A stretch of DNA of 64,000 nucleotides from Rhodoferax sp. (GCF_028714215.1 NZ_JAQTMS010000024.1:6156-70155), one strand, 5' to 3'. Positions 29,003-39,066 are shown, counted from the stretch's first letter. Notes: generated by a model not told the origin, from the letters alone. A program made the numbers and translations.

Positions 29003-29065
29003 ATGGCGATCAAAGTCGAAGAGTACCTGCGTGAGGATGCTTCAAACCGACAAGAGGTAAAACCA
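29003..29065 (+). pseudogene. Internally deleted RelE/ParE-type toxin gene, fused in frame to the antitoxin
   Basis: MAIKVEEYLREDASN resembles the start of addiction-module killer proteins and runs directly into the RBS (GAGGT) and ATG of the antitoxin. Confidence 0.65.
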
Positions 29066-29386
29066 ATGGCACTGACTAGAAACTTCAAAGAAACCGTCAT
29101 TCAACGCGTGCAGAGTGATTCAAATTTTGCGCAGGCACTGCTGGATGAGGCAGCCACTCTGTTTCTCAACGGTGAGCCTGAGACCGCCCGACTCATATTG
29201 CGTGATCTCGTTAACGCCACGATCGGCTTTGAGCAACTCGCAATGCTTACCGCAAAACCGAGCAAGAGTTTGCACCGGATGTTGTCACCCACTGGAAATC
29301 CCAGTATGGCCAATCTGGCTGCCATCTTTCGTGCAGTGCGCGAGAGGCTGCAAGTTAGCCTTCAGGCCCACTCGGTAGCAGCTTGA
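29066..29386 (+). CDS. Addiction-module antidote-like HTH DNA-binding protein
   Basis: MALTRNFKETV..LLDEAATLFLNGEPETARLILRDLVNATIGF..KSLHRMLSPTGNPSM. Confidence 0.85.
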   Translation: MALTRNFKETVIQRVQSDSNFAQALLDEAATLFLNGEPETARLILRDLVNATIGFEQLAMLTAKPSKSLHRMLSPTGNPSMANLAAIFRAVRERLQVSLQAHSVAA

Positions 29387-29529
29387 GATCGGTTGCAAAG
29401 CCACCCGCAACCCCACCGTGCTCACCGATTCCATGTGCCATGCGAAGCAGTGGTAGCACGCGTCCGCATTCGCAGGAACGGGGAGCAAGTTTTCGCTCGA
29501 CCTCGAATGCCTGCTTTAGATAGTCCGCC

Positions 29530-30561
29530 ATGAGTTCCGGCATCCGCAGCGCAGCGCTCTCCGAATATGCCGACGTGGCGCGCGCCTTGGGGCTCGATCC
29601 GGTGGCCATGCTGCGGGCCGCCAAACTGCCGGTGGAGAGCCTGACCGAGCGCGACCTGATGCTGCCGACGGAACGCGTCTGCGCACTGCTGGAGGCATCG
29701 GCGCAGCGCAGCCAGTGCGCCACTTTTGGCCTGGCCCTGGCGCAACACCGGCGCCTGTCGCACCTGGGCGAATTGGGCTTGCTGCTGCGCGACCTGCCGA
29801 CCGTGCGCGACGTCATGCAGGCGGTGTCGGAGTTCATCCGTTTCCACAACGAGTCGCTGGTTTATGCGCTGGAGCAGGAAGGCGACTCGGCCCAGATCCT
29901 GATGGAGAACCGCGTGCCGCCGGGCACCGCGTCGCGCCAATTCTGCGAGTTTGTGCTGGGTTCGACGTTTCGGATTTTCCTCGGCCAGTTCGCCGATGCC
30001 GGGGGCAAGCTGCGCGTCTGTTTCAGGCATGAGGCGCCAGCCGACCCGCTGGTGTATTTGCAGTTCTTTGGTCACTGGCCCCTGTTCGGCCATGCATTCA
30101 ACGGCTTTGTCTGCCCGCTGTCGCTGCTGGACCAGCGCAACCCGACGGCCGACCCCGAGTTCTCGCTACGCACCCGCAGCCTGGTCGAAGCCAGGATGGG
30201 CTCCGTCGGCGTGCGTCGTTCCGACGAGGTGCGGCGCGTGATCATGCAACTGCTGCCCAGTGGCCGCTGCGATGCCGAGCACATTGCCGCCAGCCTGGGC
30301 GTTGACCGGCGGACGGTGCACCGCCAGCTGGCGCGCGAGGGCCAGACCGTCTCCAACCTGATCGAGGAAGTCCGTGGCGAGCTGAGCCTGCGCTACGTTT
30401 TGCAGTCCAGCGTCCCGATCAGCGACCTGGCGCCGCTGTTCGGTTTTCATTCCACCAGCGCCCTGGTCAACTGGTACCGGCGGCGCCATGGTCTACCGCC
30501 GGCGCAGCACCGGCGGCAACAGGCCGACGCCAACGCCGGTCCATCGCCCGATCCGGACTGA
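29530..30561 (+). CDS. AraC-family regulator (OruR/ArgR-like N-terminal domain)
   Basis: C-terminal double HTH IAASLGVDRRTVHRQLAREG..LAPLFGF; FGLALAQ..LGELGLL N-terminal pattern. Confidence 0.92.
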   Translation: MSSGIRSAALSEYADVARALGLDPVAMLRAAKLPVESLTERDLMLPTERVCALLEASAQRSQCATFGLALAQHRRLSHLGELGLLLRDLPTVRDVMQAVSEFIRFHNESLVYALEQEGDSAQILMENRVPPGTASRQFCEFVLGSTFRIFLGQFADAGGKLRVCFRHEAPADPLVYLQFFGHWPLFGHAFNGFVCPLSLLDQRNPTADPEFSLRTRSLVEARMGSVGVRRSDEVRRVIMQLLPSGRCDAEHIAASLGVDRRTVHRQLAREGQTVSNLIEEVRGELSLRYVLQSSVPISDLAPLFGFHSTSALVNWYRRRHGLPPAQHRRQQADANAGPSPDPD

Positions 30562-30619
30562 AGTCACGGTCACCGCGCGCCGTCGCCCTGCGATAAGGGG
30601 CTAGGGGTTTCCCCGCGCC

Positions 30620-30656
30620 TGTCCCCAATGCGCAATGGGATGTCCCCCGGTGAAAA
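30620..30656 (+). promoter_or_regulatory. Putative AraC-family tandem binding site
   Basis: TGTCCCC direct repeat at 30620 and 30641, 21-bp period, upstream of the ACAD operon. Confidence 0.5.
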
Positions 30657-30734
30657 ACACGCGCCACCGGCGCGCCGGATCATTCGGCTGAGCTGGGCCG
30701 GGATGGCCTGGCCACCCTGAACACCGGAGATGCC

Positions 30735-31877
30735 ATGAATATCAACCTGGAACTGAAAGACCCCGAGTGGGGCAAGCGCGCGGTAGCGACCCTGCGCACC
30801 ATTGCCGCCGACTACAAGGACGAGATCGACGATTGCCTGAAAACCGGCAACCTGCCACTGAAGTCCTTCCGCGAGCTGGGCAAGCAGGGCTTGATCGGTG
30901 TCGTGACGCCCCCGGAGTTCGGCGGCTACGGCGGCAGCGCGCCGGAATACTGCCTGGTCACCGAAACCATCGCGCGCTACGGGCTGCCCTCCACGCAGGC
31001 CCAGGTGCAGGGGCAGATCTGGCTGCTGATCTGGGGCACGCCGGAACAAAAAGCCCACTACCTGCCCGGCATGTCCGACGGCAGCATCATCTTCTCGGAG
31101 GCGATCTCGGAACCCGGTGCCGGCTCCTCGCTGAAGACCCTCCAGACCACGGCCCGGCGCGCTGGCGACGACTGGGTCATCAGCGGCAAGAAGATCCACA
31201 TCAACGGCGGCGCCTGTAGCGACGTCACGGTGGTTTTCGCCATGGCCGAGCAAGGCATGACGGCTTTTCTGGTGGACACCAAATTGCCCGGTTTCAGAGC
31301 CGTGGTGACCGATCCGCTGGGCTATCGGCTGGCGCTCACCGCCGACCTGTATTTCGACGAGGTGCGGGTCCCCAACAGCGCCGTGCTGGGCACGCCGGGC
31401 CAGGCCATGGCGACCTTTTTGACGACTTTCAACGTCAGCCGGCTGGGCAATGCCTCGGAGCTCATCGGGCTGGCGCGCCGGGCGCTGTCGGACGCCATCC
31501 GCTACGCCAAGGAAAGGGTGGTGGGCGACAGCAAGGTGACCGATTTCCAGGGCATCCAGTGGACCATCGCCGACTGCTACAGCCAGTTGTACGGCGCCTG
31601 CGTGGTGCGCGACCACGCCGCCAATCTGGTCAAGCGCGGGCAAGGCCATGCGCTGGAGTCCAGCATCGCCAAGAAGCTGGCGATTGACGCCGCCGAGAAA
31701 TGCCTCAACGAAGTGTTTGCGCTGGTCGGCGGCCATGGGCTGTACTGGGATCAGCCTTATGGGCAGATCCTGCTCGACGTCAAGACCTTGCGGGTGGCCG
31801 GCGGCTCGCTGGAAATCATGCGCAACTTCATCGCGCGCCAGATCCTGAAAGACGAACAACAAAGAGGTTTGCTATGA
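30735..31877 (+). CDS. Acyl-CoA dehydrogenase (divergent)
   Basis: AISEPGAGSS, ISGKKIHING, FNVSRL, FQGIQW, VAGGSLEIMR. Confidence 0.92.
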   Translation: MNINLELKDPEWGKRAVATLRTIAADYKDEIDDCLKTGNLPLKSFRELGKQGLIGVVTPPEFGGYGGSAPEYCLVTETIARYGLPSTQAQVQGQIWLLIWGTPEQKAHYLPGMSDGSIIFSEAISEPGAGSSLKTLQTTARRAGDDWVISGKKIHINGGACSDVTVVFAMAEQGMTAFLVDTKLPGFRAVVTDPLGYRLALTADLYFDEVRVPNSAVLGTPGQAMATFLTTFNVSRLGNASELIGLARRALSDAIRYAKERVVGDSKVTDFQGIQWTIADCYSQLYGACVVRDHAANLVKRGQGHALESSIAKKLAIDAAEKCLNEVFALVGGHGLYWDQPYGQILLDVKTLRVAGGSLEIMRNFIARQILKDEQQRGLL

Positions 31878-33352
31878 GCAATCTGGGCACCTTGATCGTC
31901 ACCGCGGCGAAGTCGCAGCCGCAAGCGCTGTTCGGCACGGTGGAGGCGGCCCAGCCGCTGGCCGATGCCGTGGCCGACGCCGCGCAACTGGCCCTGCACC
32001 TGCGCGACCTGGGCCTGGGACGCGGTGCGCGCGTGGCCTTGATCGGGCGCAGCGGCAGCGACTACATGCTGACTTGGCTGGCGGCGCAACTGGCCGGGGT
32101 GGAACTGGCCTTGATCAACCCGGAATACCCCGACGAGCTGGTGCTGGCGATGCTGCAGGACCTGCAACCGGCGGCGCTGGCCTGGCTGGACCGCGCCGGG
32201 ATTGCCATGGCCGGCAGCGAGCGCCGGCAGCTCGACCTGCGGACCTGGTGGGATGCTTACCGGGCGCGTACCGACCGGGCCGCCGCTGCAGCGCTAGCCA
32301 CGCTGGACGGCCTGGCCTGCGCGCCGTCCGACATCGCCAGCTTTATCCACACCTCGGGTACCACCGGGCGCCCCAAGTTCTGCGCCCTGAGCCACGAGTA
32401 CCTGCTGCGCCTGGGCCGCTTCTTTGCCGACAGCCTGGTCCTGGGGCCCAACGACCGCGTCTTCGCGCCGCTGCCGATGTTCCACATCAACCCGCTGGGC
32501 TACGGGCTGATCGGCAGCTTGACGGCGCGCGCCAGCGTGCTGGGCACGCGGCAGTTCTCGGCCTCCAAATTCTGGCCGACGGTCAAGGAGCACGGCATCA
32601 CGGCGCTGGTGCTGCATGCGGCGCCGTCCATCATCCTGGCCACCACCACCACCCACGCCGACGCGCAGGGGCATGGCGTGCGCGTCGCCTTCGGCGTTGA
32701 ATCCACCTTGTGCGGCCTGTTCGACATTCCGGTCGGTGTCGGCGGCTATGGTTCCACCGAGTCGGCCGGTCTGTGCCACGCCTGGCACTTTCGCGCCAGG
32801 GACCCGCAAATGGCCAGCGAGGGCATCAGCAACTATGCCGGCCGTGCGCGCTACGACGTTGCCTGGAAGGTCGCTGAAGACGGCGAAATCCTGACCCGCG
32901 ACAAGCTTGGCCAGGCCATTTTTTCGGGTTATATGAGAGACGGGAAAGTGGTCCCGGCACTGGACCCGGACGGCTGGTTCCACACCGGCGACAAGGGTCG
33001 CATCGACGGCTACGGCAACCTGGTGTTTCTGGAGCGCATGAACGAGGCGATCCGCGTCAAGGGCGAGTACGTGCCCATCGATTTCGTCGAGACCGCGCTG
33101 ACGCGCTGCGCCTCGCTGGGTCAGTTCGCGCTGTGGCGCAAGGACTCCGCGACGACCGGCCATGAAGTGGTGATCTACACCGAGTCGGGCACGGTCAACC
33201 TGGACGAAGTGCGCGCCGCGATAGAACCTTTGCCGCGCTTCATGCGGCCGCTGCGCGTGATCCGGGTGGCGCGCCTGCCGCGCACCGGGGGCGGCAAGGT
33301 GCAGCGGGCGCAACTGGGTGCGGCCCCCGAGTTGGAGAGCACCCTGCTCTGA
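31874..33352 (+). CDS. AMP-binding acyl-CoA ligase (CaiC-like)
   Basis: HTSGTTGRPK, LPMFHIN, YGSTES, FHTGDKG, RVKGE. Confidence 0.9.
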   Translation: MSNLGTLIVTAAKSQPQALFGTVEAAQPLADAVADAAQLALHLRDLGLGRGARVALIGRSGSDYMLTWLAAQLAGVELALINPEYPDELVLAMLQDLQPAALAWLDRAGIAMAGSERRQLDLRTWWDAYRARTDRAAAAALATLDGLACAPSDIASFIHTSGTTGRPKFCALSHEYLLRLGRFFADSLVLGPNDRVFAPLPMFHINPLGYGLIGSLTARASVLGTRQFSASKFWPTVKEHGITALVLHAAPSIILATTTTHADAQGHGVRVAFGVESTLCGLFDIPVGVGGYGSTESAGLCHAWHFRARDPQMASEGISNYAGRARYDVAWKVAEDGEILTRDKLGQAIFSGYMRDGKVVPALDPDGWFHTGDKGRIDGYGNLVFLERMNEAIRVKGEYVPIDFVETALTRCASLGQFALWRKDSATTGHEVVIYTESGTVNLDEVRAAIEPLPRFMRPLRVIRVARLPRTGGGKVQRAQLGAAPELESTLL

Positions 33353-33382
33353 GCGCAGCAGCGTGCCCAAGGAGACCCTGTC

Positions 33383-34726
33383 TTGAATTCCTCCACTGCC
33401 GTTAGCGTGTCTGCCGTGTCGCCGCCGCGCCTGTTGCTGATCCTGTTTCTGGCGACGTTCCTGAACTACTACGACCGCGCCCTGCCGGCCGTCCTGATGG
33501 AGCCGATACGCGTCGAATTCGGGCTCAGCGACACCTGGCTGGGCCTGATCAACGCGGCCTTTACCGTGACCTATGCACTGTTCGGCATCCTGCTGGGGCG
33601 TCTGGCCGACACCGGTGTGCGCAAGAGGGTGATCGGCTATGGTTTGATTGCCTGGAGTGCCGCCACCGCGCTGAGCGGCTCGGCCGCCGGTCTGGGCGGC
33701 TTTCTGCTGGCCCGCGTCGGCGTCGGTATCGGCGAGGCCAGCTGCGCCCCCACCGCACAGTCGATGATTGCCGACCTGTACCCGGCGCAGCGGCGCTCCC
33801 GCGCCATCGGCCTGGTCATGCTGGGCTTGCCGCTGGGTCTGGTGGCGGCGTTTTTGAGCGGCGGCGCCATCGCCACTGCTTTGAGCTCCTGGCGCGCGGT
33901 GTTCTGGCTGGCTGCTGTCCCCGGTGCCCTGCTGGGCTGCGTCATGCTGCTGCTGCCGGAGCCGCCACGCCAAGCGCAGCAGGAGGACGCCCTGGCCGGT
34001 GGCATGGGAACGGCGCTGCGCCAGGTCTGGGCCGTGCCCTCCATGCGCTGGCTGACGCTGGGGGCCATAGGCTTCGGTTTGGCCGGCTATGTCGGCACCG
34101 GCTTCATGGTGGCCTTGCTACAGCGTCATTTCCAATTGCCGCTGGTGCAGGCCGGCGTTATTTCGGGCGCCATCATCGGCGGCAGCGGGCTGGTCGCCAT
34201 GGTCGGTGGCGGCTGGCTGGCGGACGCGCTACAGCAGCGCTGGAAGACCGGCCGCCTGAATCTGGCCACGCTGGCGTCGGGCGCCGGTGCCTTGCTGACG
34301 CTAATTGCGCTGCGTCTGCCAACGACCCGGGTCGGCTGGTTTGTTGCCTTGTTCGCCGTCGGCTGGCTGGCCACCTACCTGTTCACGGTCTGCGGTTATC
34401 CGGCGCTGCAGGAAGTGGTGGCCTCGCGCCAGCGCGCCATTGCCATGGCGGTCAATCTGTGCATCGGCAATGTCGTCGGCGGCGGTTGCGGTGTGGTGCT
34501 GGTGGGAGCCCTGTCGGACCGCTTTGCGCTGGCGTCGGCGCAGGCGGCCGGCCAGGCGCTGGACGACTTGCACCGCGGTGCCGGCCTGGCCAGCGCCATG
34601 TTGCTGATTCCCGTGGCAATGGCCATCATGGCACTGGCCACCTGGCGCGCGGCGCATCATTTTGTGGCCGACCAGCAGCGCGTTCAGCCAACGCTCAGCG
34701 TGGTCGACAGAGCCGCTTCCCGATAA
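33383..34726 (+). CDS. MFS transporter (spinster-like)
   Basis: LNYYDR, GRLADTGVRK motif A, GIGEA, about 12 hydrophobic segments. Confidence 0.92.
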   Translation: MNSSTAVSVSAVSPPRLLLILFLATFLNYYDRALPAVLMEPIRVEFGLSDTWLGLINAAFTVTYALFGILLGRLADTGVRKRVIGYGLIAWSAATALSGSAAGLGGFLLARVGVGIGEASCAPTAQSMIADLYPAQRRSRAIGLVMLGLPLGLVAAFLSGGAIATALSSWRAVFWLAAVPGALLGCVMLLLPEPPRQAQQEDALAGGMGTALRQVWAVPSMRWLTLGAIGFGLAGYVGTGFMVALLQRHFQLPLVQAGVISGAIIGGSGLVAMVGGGWLADALQQRWKTGRLNLATLASGAGALLTLIALRLPTTRVGWFVALFAVGWLATYLFTVCGYPALQEVVASRQRAIAMAVNLCIGNVVGGGCGVVLVGALSDRFALASAQAAGQALDDLHRGAGLASAMLLIPVAMAIMALATWRAAHHFVADQQRVQPTLSVVDRAASR

Positions 34727-34749
34727 CTCCTTCGCAACCGAAAGACACC

Positions 34750-35529
34750 ATGGATATCCCTTCCTTGCCCAACGTGAGCATTGCGCTGGCCCAGCATGTG
34801 GCGACGCTGGAGATCAATGCCGGCAGCTTCAATTTCCTGTCGCTGGAAGTCATGACGCAGTTGGCCGACGCCTGGGCCTGGTGCGACGGCGAGCCGGATT
34901 GCCGCGCCATCGTGCTGTGTTCCGCCGGTCACGTGTTCTGCGGCGGCGTCGATTTCAGGAGCCTGGCCGGTGCCGGTCAAGAACGCTCGCCGCAGCAGCT
35001 GTACCGCCTGGCCTTGCGCCTGGTGCAGGGGCGCAAGCCCTGCATTGCCGCAGTGCAAGGGGCGGCGGTGGGCGCCGGCCTGGGCCTGGCGATGTTGGCC
35101 GACCAGCGCGTGGCAGGCCCCAAGGCCAAGTTCAATGCCAGCTTCGCGCAGTTGGGTTTTCATGCCGGCTTCGGCCTGAGCGCCACCTTGCCGCACACCA
35201 TCGGTTTGCAGGCGGCCAGCCGGATGCTGCTGATGGGCCAGCCGGTGGGCGCCGAGGAGGCGCTGCGGCTGGGGCTGGCGGACGCGGCGACCGACAATCA
35301 AGCGGCGCTGCGCGAGCTGGCCCTGGCCCGGGCCGGTGTCATCGCCGGCAATGCCCCGATCGCGGTGCAGGACATGCGCCAGACCTTGCGTGCTACGCTG
35401 ATGAAAGACTTCGAGCTCGCCATCGAGCACGAGCTGGCGCTGCAACTCTCCCACATGCAGACCCGTGATTTCATCGAAGGCGTCAGCGCGCTGCTGGCCA
35501 AACGCGCGCCACGTTTTGTCGGCGCCTGA
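34750..35529 (+). CDS. Enoyl-CoA hydratase/isomerase
   Basis: FCGGVDF, QGAAVGAGLGLA, FAQLGFHAGFG. Confidence 0.9.
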   Translation: MDIPSLPNVSIALAQHVATLEINAGSFNFLSLEVMTQLADAWAWCDGEPDCRAIVLCSAGHVFCGGVDFRSLAGAGQERSPQQLYRLALRLVQGRKPCIAAVQGAAVGAGLGLAMLADQRVAGPKAKFNASFAQLGFHAGFGLSATLPHTIGLQAASRMLLMGQPVGAEEALRLGLADAATDNQAALRELALARAGVIAGNAPIAVQDMRQTLRATLMKDFELAIEHELALQLSHMQTRDFIEGVSALLAKRAPRFVGA

Positions 35530-35534
35530 ACAGC

Positions 35535-37145
35535 ATGGAAAATATTTTTGACTACGTGGTCGTTGGTGGCGGCTCGGCCGGCTGTGTCATGGCCAGTCGC
35601 CTGAGCGAGGATCCGGACGTCACGGTGTGCCTGCTGGAAGCCGGCGCACCGGACCGCAGCCTGCTGATCCATATGCCGGCCGGCTATCCCGCCATGGTGC
35701 CGTCCAAGATCAACAACTGGGCCTTCGAGACCGTGCCGCAGGCCGGCCTGAACGGGCGCTGTGGTTACCAGCCGCGCGGCAAAACGCTGGGCGGCTCCAG
35801 CTCCATCAACGCCATGCTGTACGTCTGCGGCAACCGCTGGGACTACGACCACTGGGCCGCGCTGGGCAACCCGGGCTGGTCTTACGCCGACGTGCTGCCG
35901 TATTTCCGCAAGGCTGAAAACAACGAGGATTTTCACGACGCCTACCATGGCCAGGGCGGGCCGCTGAATGTGACACTGGTGCGCGAGCCCAGTCCGCTCA
36001 ACGCCTTGTTTCTGCAATCGGCGCAGGCGGCGGGCATTCCCGTCATCGAGGACTACAACGGCGCGCAGCAGTTTGGCGCCTACATGTTCCAGGTGACGCA
36101 GAAGAGCGGCGAACGCTGCAGCGCCGCCAAGGGCTACCTGACGCCGCATCGGGGCCGACCCAACCTCACGGTGCTGACCGGCGTGCTGAGCGAGCGCCTG
36201 CTGTTCGAGGGGCGGCGCGCCATCGGCGTCAAGGCGCGCGCCGGCGGAGCGCCGCTGGAACTCCGGGCGCGCCATGAAGTGATCCTGTGCGCCGGCGCCT
36301 TCGGCTCGCCGCAACTGCTGGCCTTGTCGGGCATCGGGCCGGGCGCCCATTTGCAGAGCCTGGGTATCGCGACGCTGCACGACCTGCCGGGGGTTGGCGA
36401 GAACCTGCAGGACCACATCGACTACGTCTACTCGTACCGCTGCGCCAGCAACAACGCCACCTATGGCCTGTCGCTGCCCGGCGCACTGCGCATCGCCAAG
36501 GGCTTGTGGCAATGGAAGCGCCGGCGCAGCGGTCCGCTGACGACGCCCTACGCCGAGTCCGGCGCCTTCTTGCGCAGCAGCGCCGAGGTCGATGTGCCCG
36601 ATCTGCAAATGGTCTTCATCGTCGCACTGGAGGACGACCATGCGCGCAAGATGCACCTGGGCCATGGCATCAGCAGCCGTGTCGCCCTGCTGCGGCCCAG
36701 CAGCCGCGGCACGCTGCGGCTGGCCTCGCCCGATCCGGCCGCGGCACCGCTGATCGATCCGCGTTTCTTCAGCGCGCCGGAGGATATTGCGGTCTTGACG
36801 CGCGGGGTGAAACAGATGTTTCGGGTGCTGGAGGGCGCGCCGCTGGCGGCCGTCCGCGGCCAGGCGCTGTACCCGGTCGATGCCAGTGATGAGCAGGCGC
36901 TGGAACAAAGCATACGCACCTTTTCCGACACCCAATACCACCCGGTGGGCACCTGCAAGATGGGCCGCGACGCACTGGCCGTGGTCGATGACAGATTGCG
37001 CGTGCACGGAATCGCCGGTTTGCGCGTGGTGGATGCCTCCGTCATGCCCACCATCGTCGGCGGCAACACCAACGCGCCGACCATCATGATTGCCGAGAAA
37101 GCGGCCGCCATGGTTCGCGCCGATGCCCGCGCCACCGGCGGCTAA
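35535..37145 (+). CDS. GMC oxidoreductase (choline/alcohol dehydrogenase-like)
   Basis: GGGSAG, PRGKTLGGSSSINAM, GENLQDH, YHPVGTC, VVDASVMP, GNTNAPT. Confidence 0.95.
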   Translation: MENIFDYVVVGGGSAGCVMASRLSEDPDVTVCLLEAGAPDRSLLIHMPAGYPAMVPSKINNWAFETVPQAGLNGRCGYQPRGKTLGGSSSINAMLYVCGNRWDYDHWAALGNPGWSYADVLPYFRKAENNEDFHDAYHGQGGPLNVTLVREPSPLNALFLQSAQAAGIPVIEDYNGAQQFGAYMFQVTQKSGERCSAAKGYLTPHRGRPNLTVLTGVLSERLLFEGRRAIGVKARAGGAPLELRARHEVILCAGAFGSPQLLALSGIGPGAHLQSLGIATLHDLPGVGENLQDHIDYVYSYRCASNNATYGLSLPGALRIAKGLWQWKRRRSGPLTTPYAESGAFLRSSAEVDVPDLQMVFIVALEDDHARKMHLGHGISSRVALLRPSSRGTLRLASPDPAAAPLIDPRFFSAPEDIAVLTRGVKQMFRVLEGAPLAAVRGQALYPVDASDEQALEQSIRTFSDTQYHPVGTCKMGRDALAVVDDRLRVHGIAGLRVVDASVMPTIVGGNTNAPTIMIAEKAAAMVRADARATGG

Positions 37146-37199
37146 GCGGCCGCGCGCAAGGGCCACCTTCACCCACCGAATCACAAACAGGAGACCAGC

Positions 37200-38039
37200 A
37201 TGGGACAGGTAGTCGTCATTACAGGTGTCGCCGATGGCATGGGCAAGGAGGCGGCCAGGCTGCTGGCCGCGGCCGGCGACAGCATCGTCGGCTTCGACAT
37301 CGATCAGGCCGGCATAGCCGCCTTGCAAATCGAACTCGATGAGATCTCGGGAGCGTCCGGACAAAGCCACTATCTGGTGGCCTTGAACATCACCGACCGC
37401 CCCGGCATCCTGCGCTTCCGGGACGAGGTACTGGCCAGGTACGCGCGGGTCGATACGGTACTCTCCAACGTCGGCATCGGGTTTTTTAGCCCGTTCGAGG
37501 AGGCCGATCTGGAGGCGGCCCAGAAGTGCCTCGAAATCAATGTGATCGGCACCGCGGCCATCTTTCAGGCCTTCATTCCGGCCATGCGTCGCCAGGGCGC
37601 CGGCAAGTTGATTGCGATGTCTTCCCTGGTGGGCCAGGTTCCCTTTCCCTTCGAATCGATCTACGCCGCCAGCAAGTTCGCGGTCGAAGGCATGGTGATG
37701 TCGATGCGTTATGAGCTTGCGCCGTTCGGCATTCGGGTCGCCCTGATCCAGCCGGCCCAAGTCTCGACCACTTTTGCCGCCAAGATCCACCAACTGCCGC
37801 CCCAGGGTTCGCCTTACCGGGAGCGGGCTGCGCGCTTCATCGCGCGCGACGACCAACTGATCAAGTCGGCACCGACGCCACTGCAAGCGGGCCGCAAAAT
37901 CGCCGCCATCGTTCATCAGGAGCGACCGGCCTATTACCAGCAGCTCGACTTCATGAGCAGCTTCTTCTTGTTGCTCAACCGCTTTCTGCCGCTGTGGCTG
38001 CGCGACGCCATTCTGTTGAACCACATGGATATCAAATAG
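37200..38039 (+). CDS. Short-chain dehydrogenase/reductase
   Basis: TGVADGMG, SNVGIG, YAASK catalytic motif. Confidence 0.92.
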   Translation: MGQVVVITGVADGMGKEAARLLAAAGDSIVGFDIDQAGIAALQIELDEISGASGQSHYLVALNITDRPGILRFRDEVLARYARVDTVLSNVGIGFFSPFEEADLEAAQKCLEINVIGTAAIFQAFIPAMRRQGAGKLIAMSSLVGQVPFPFESIYAASKFAVEGMVMSMRYELAPFGIRVALIQPAQVSTTFAAKIHQLPPQGSPYRERAARFIARDDQLIKSAPTPLQAGRKIAAIVHQERPAYYQQLDFMSSFFLLLNRFLPLWLRDAILLNHMDIK

Positions 38040-38079
38040 TGGCGCCTGGTTGCGGTCGGCACTGAAGACGGGAGAGCTT

Positions 38080-39066
38080 ATGACTTACACGGGTATCACG
38101 CTGGTGACCGGGGCGAGCGGATTTGTCGGCCGTTGTCTGGTGCAACATCTGGCTTCCCTGGGCGTGCCGGTGCGGGCGACGGACCGAACGCGTCCTGAGA
38201 GCGCCTTTGGGCGTCAGCCCGGCGTCGAATTCATCGCCGCCGACCTGACCCGGCCCGACTCCCTGGCGCCCCTGTTTGCCGGGCCGGTGGACCGGGTTTT
38301 TCATTTGGGTGCCATCTGCAATTTCTCCACGCCTTTAGCCAAGCTCCATCCGGTCAATGTGCTGGGGGTGGAACGCATCACCCGACTGGCCCTCGATGCC
38401 GGCGTCAAGCGTTTCATCCAGGTAGGCTCCACCAGTGTCTACGGGCCTTATCCGGGGACGCCTTTGCGCGAAGACATGCCGCGCCGGCCGCAGGAGGACT
38501 ACGGCACCAGCAAGCGCGACGGCGAGGATGTGGTCTGGAAGCGTATCGCCCAAGGGCTGCCGGCGCTCATTGCCCGGCCTTGCACGGTCTACGGCCCCGG
38601 CTGCACCGACGGTGCCGGCAAGGCCTTCTCGCGGGCGACCTCGATTGCCGCCATTCCGGGGCATGGCCGCCAGCGCCTGTCCAACATCCGGGTCGAGGAC
38701 GTGGCGGCGGCGCTGGAATACCTCTCGCAACGTGATGATGCGGTGGGCCAAGCCTACAACCTGGCCGATGATTCCAGTCCGACGCTGCAACAGGCATTGA
38801 CGATGGCGGCGCAGACTTTTGGCACCACCGTGCCCAAGCGCCATCTTCCCCTGTGGCTGCTCAAGCCGGTGGCCCGCGTCGATGGCCTGATCGCGGCCCG
38901 CCAAGGCCGCATCCCGGAGCTGGAATACGACGCCATCCGCTATCTTTACGACCATTACATCGTCGACAACAGCAAACTCAAGGCCACCGGCTATCGCTTG
39001 CGCTATCCCGATTTCCGGGCCTCCATGGCGCAAATGAAAGACCACCCTTCGGTCAGTCAAAGCTAA
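38080..39066 (+). CDS. NAD-dependent epimerase/dehydratase (extended SDR, 3beta-HSD-like)
   Basis: TGASGFVG, STSVYG, YGTSK, RPCTVYGP. Confidence 0.9.
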   Translation: MTYTGITLVTGASGFVGRCLVQHLASLGVPVRATDRTRPESAFGRQPGVEFIAADLTRPDSLAPLFAGPVDRVFHLGAICNFSTPLAKLHPVNVLGVERITRLALDAGVKRFIQVGSTSVYGPYPGTPLREDMPRRPQEDYGTSKRDGEDVVWKRIAQGLPALIARPCTVYGPGCTDGAGKAFSRATSIAAIPGHGRQRLSNIRVEDVAAALEYLSQRDDAVGQAYNLADDSSPTLQQALTMAAQTFGTTVPKRHLPLWLLKPVARVDGLIAARQGRIPELEYDAIRYLYDHYIVDNSKLKATGYRLRYPDFRASMAQMKDHPSVSQS

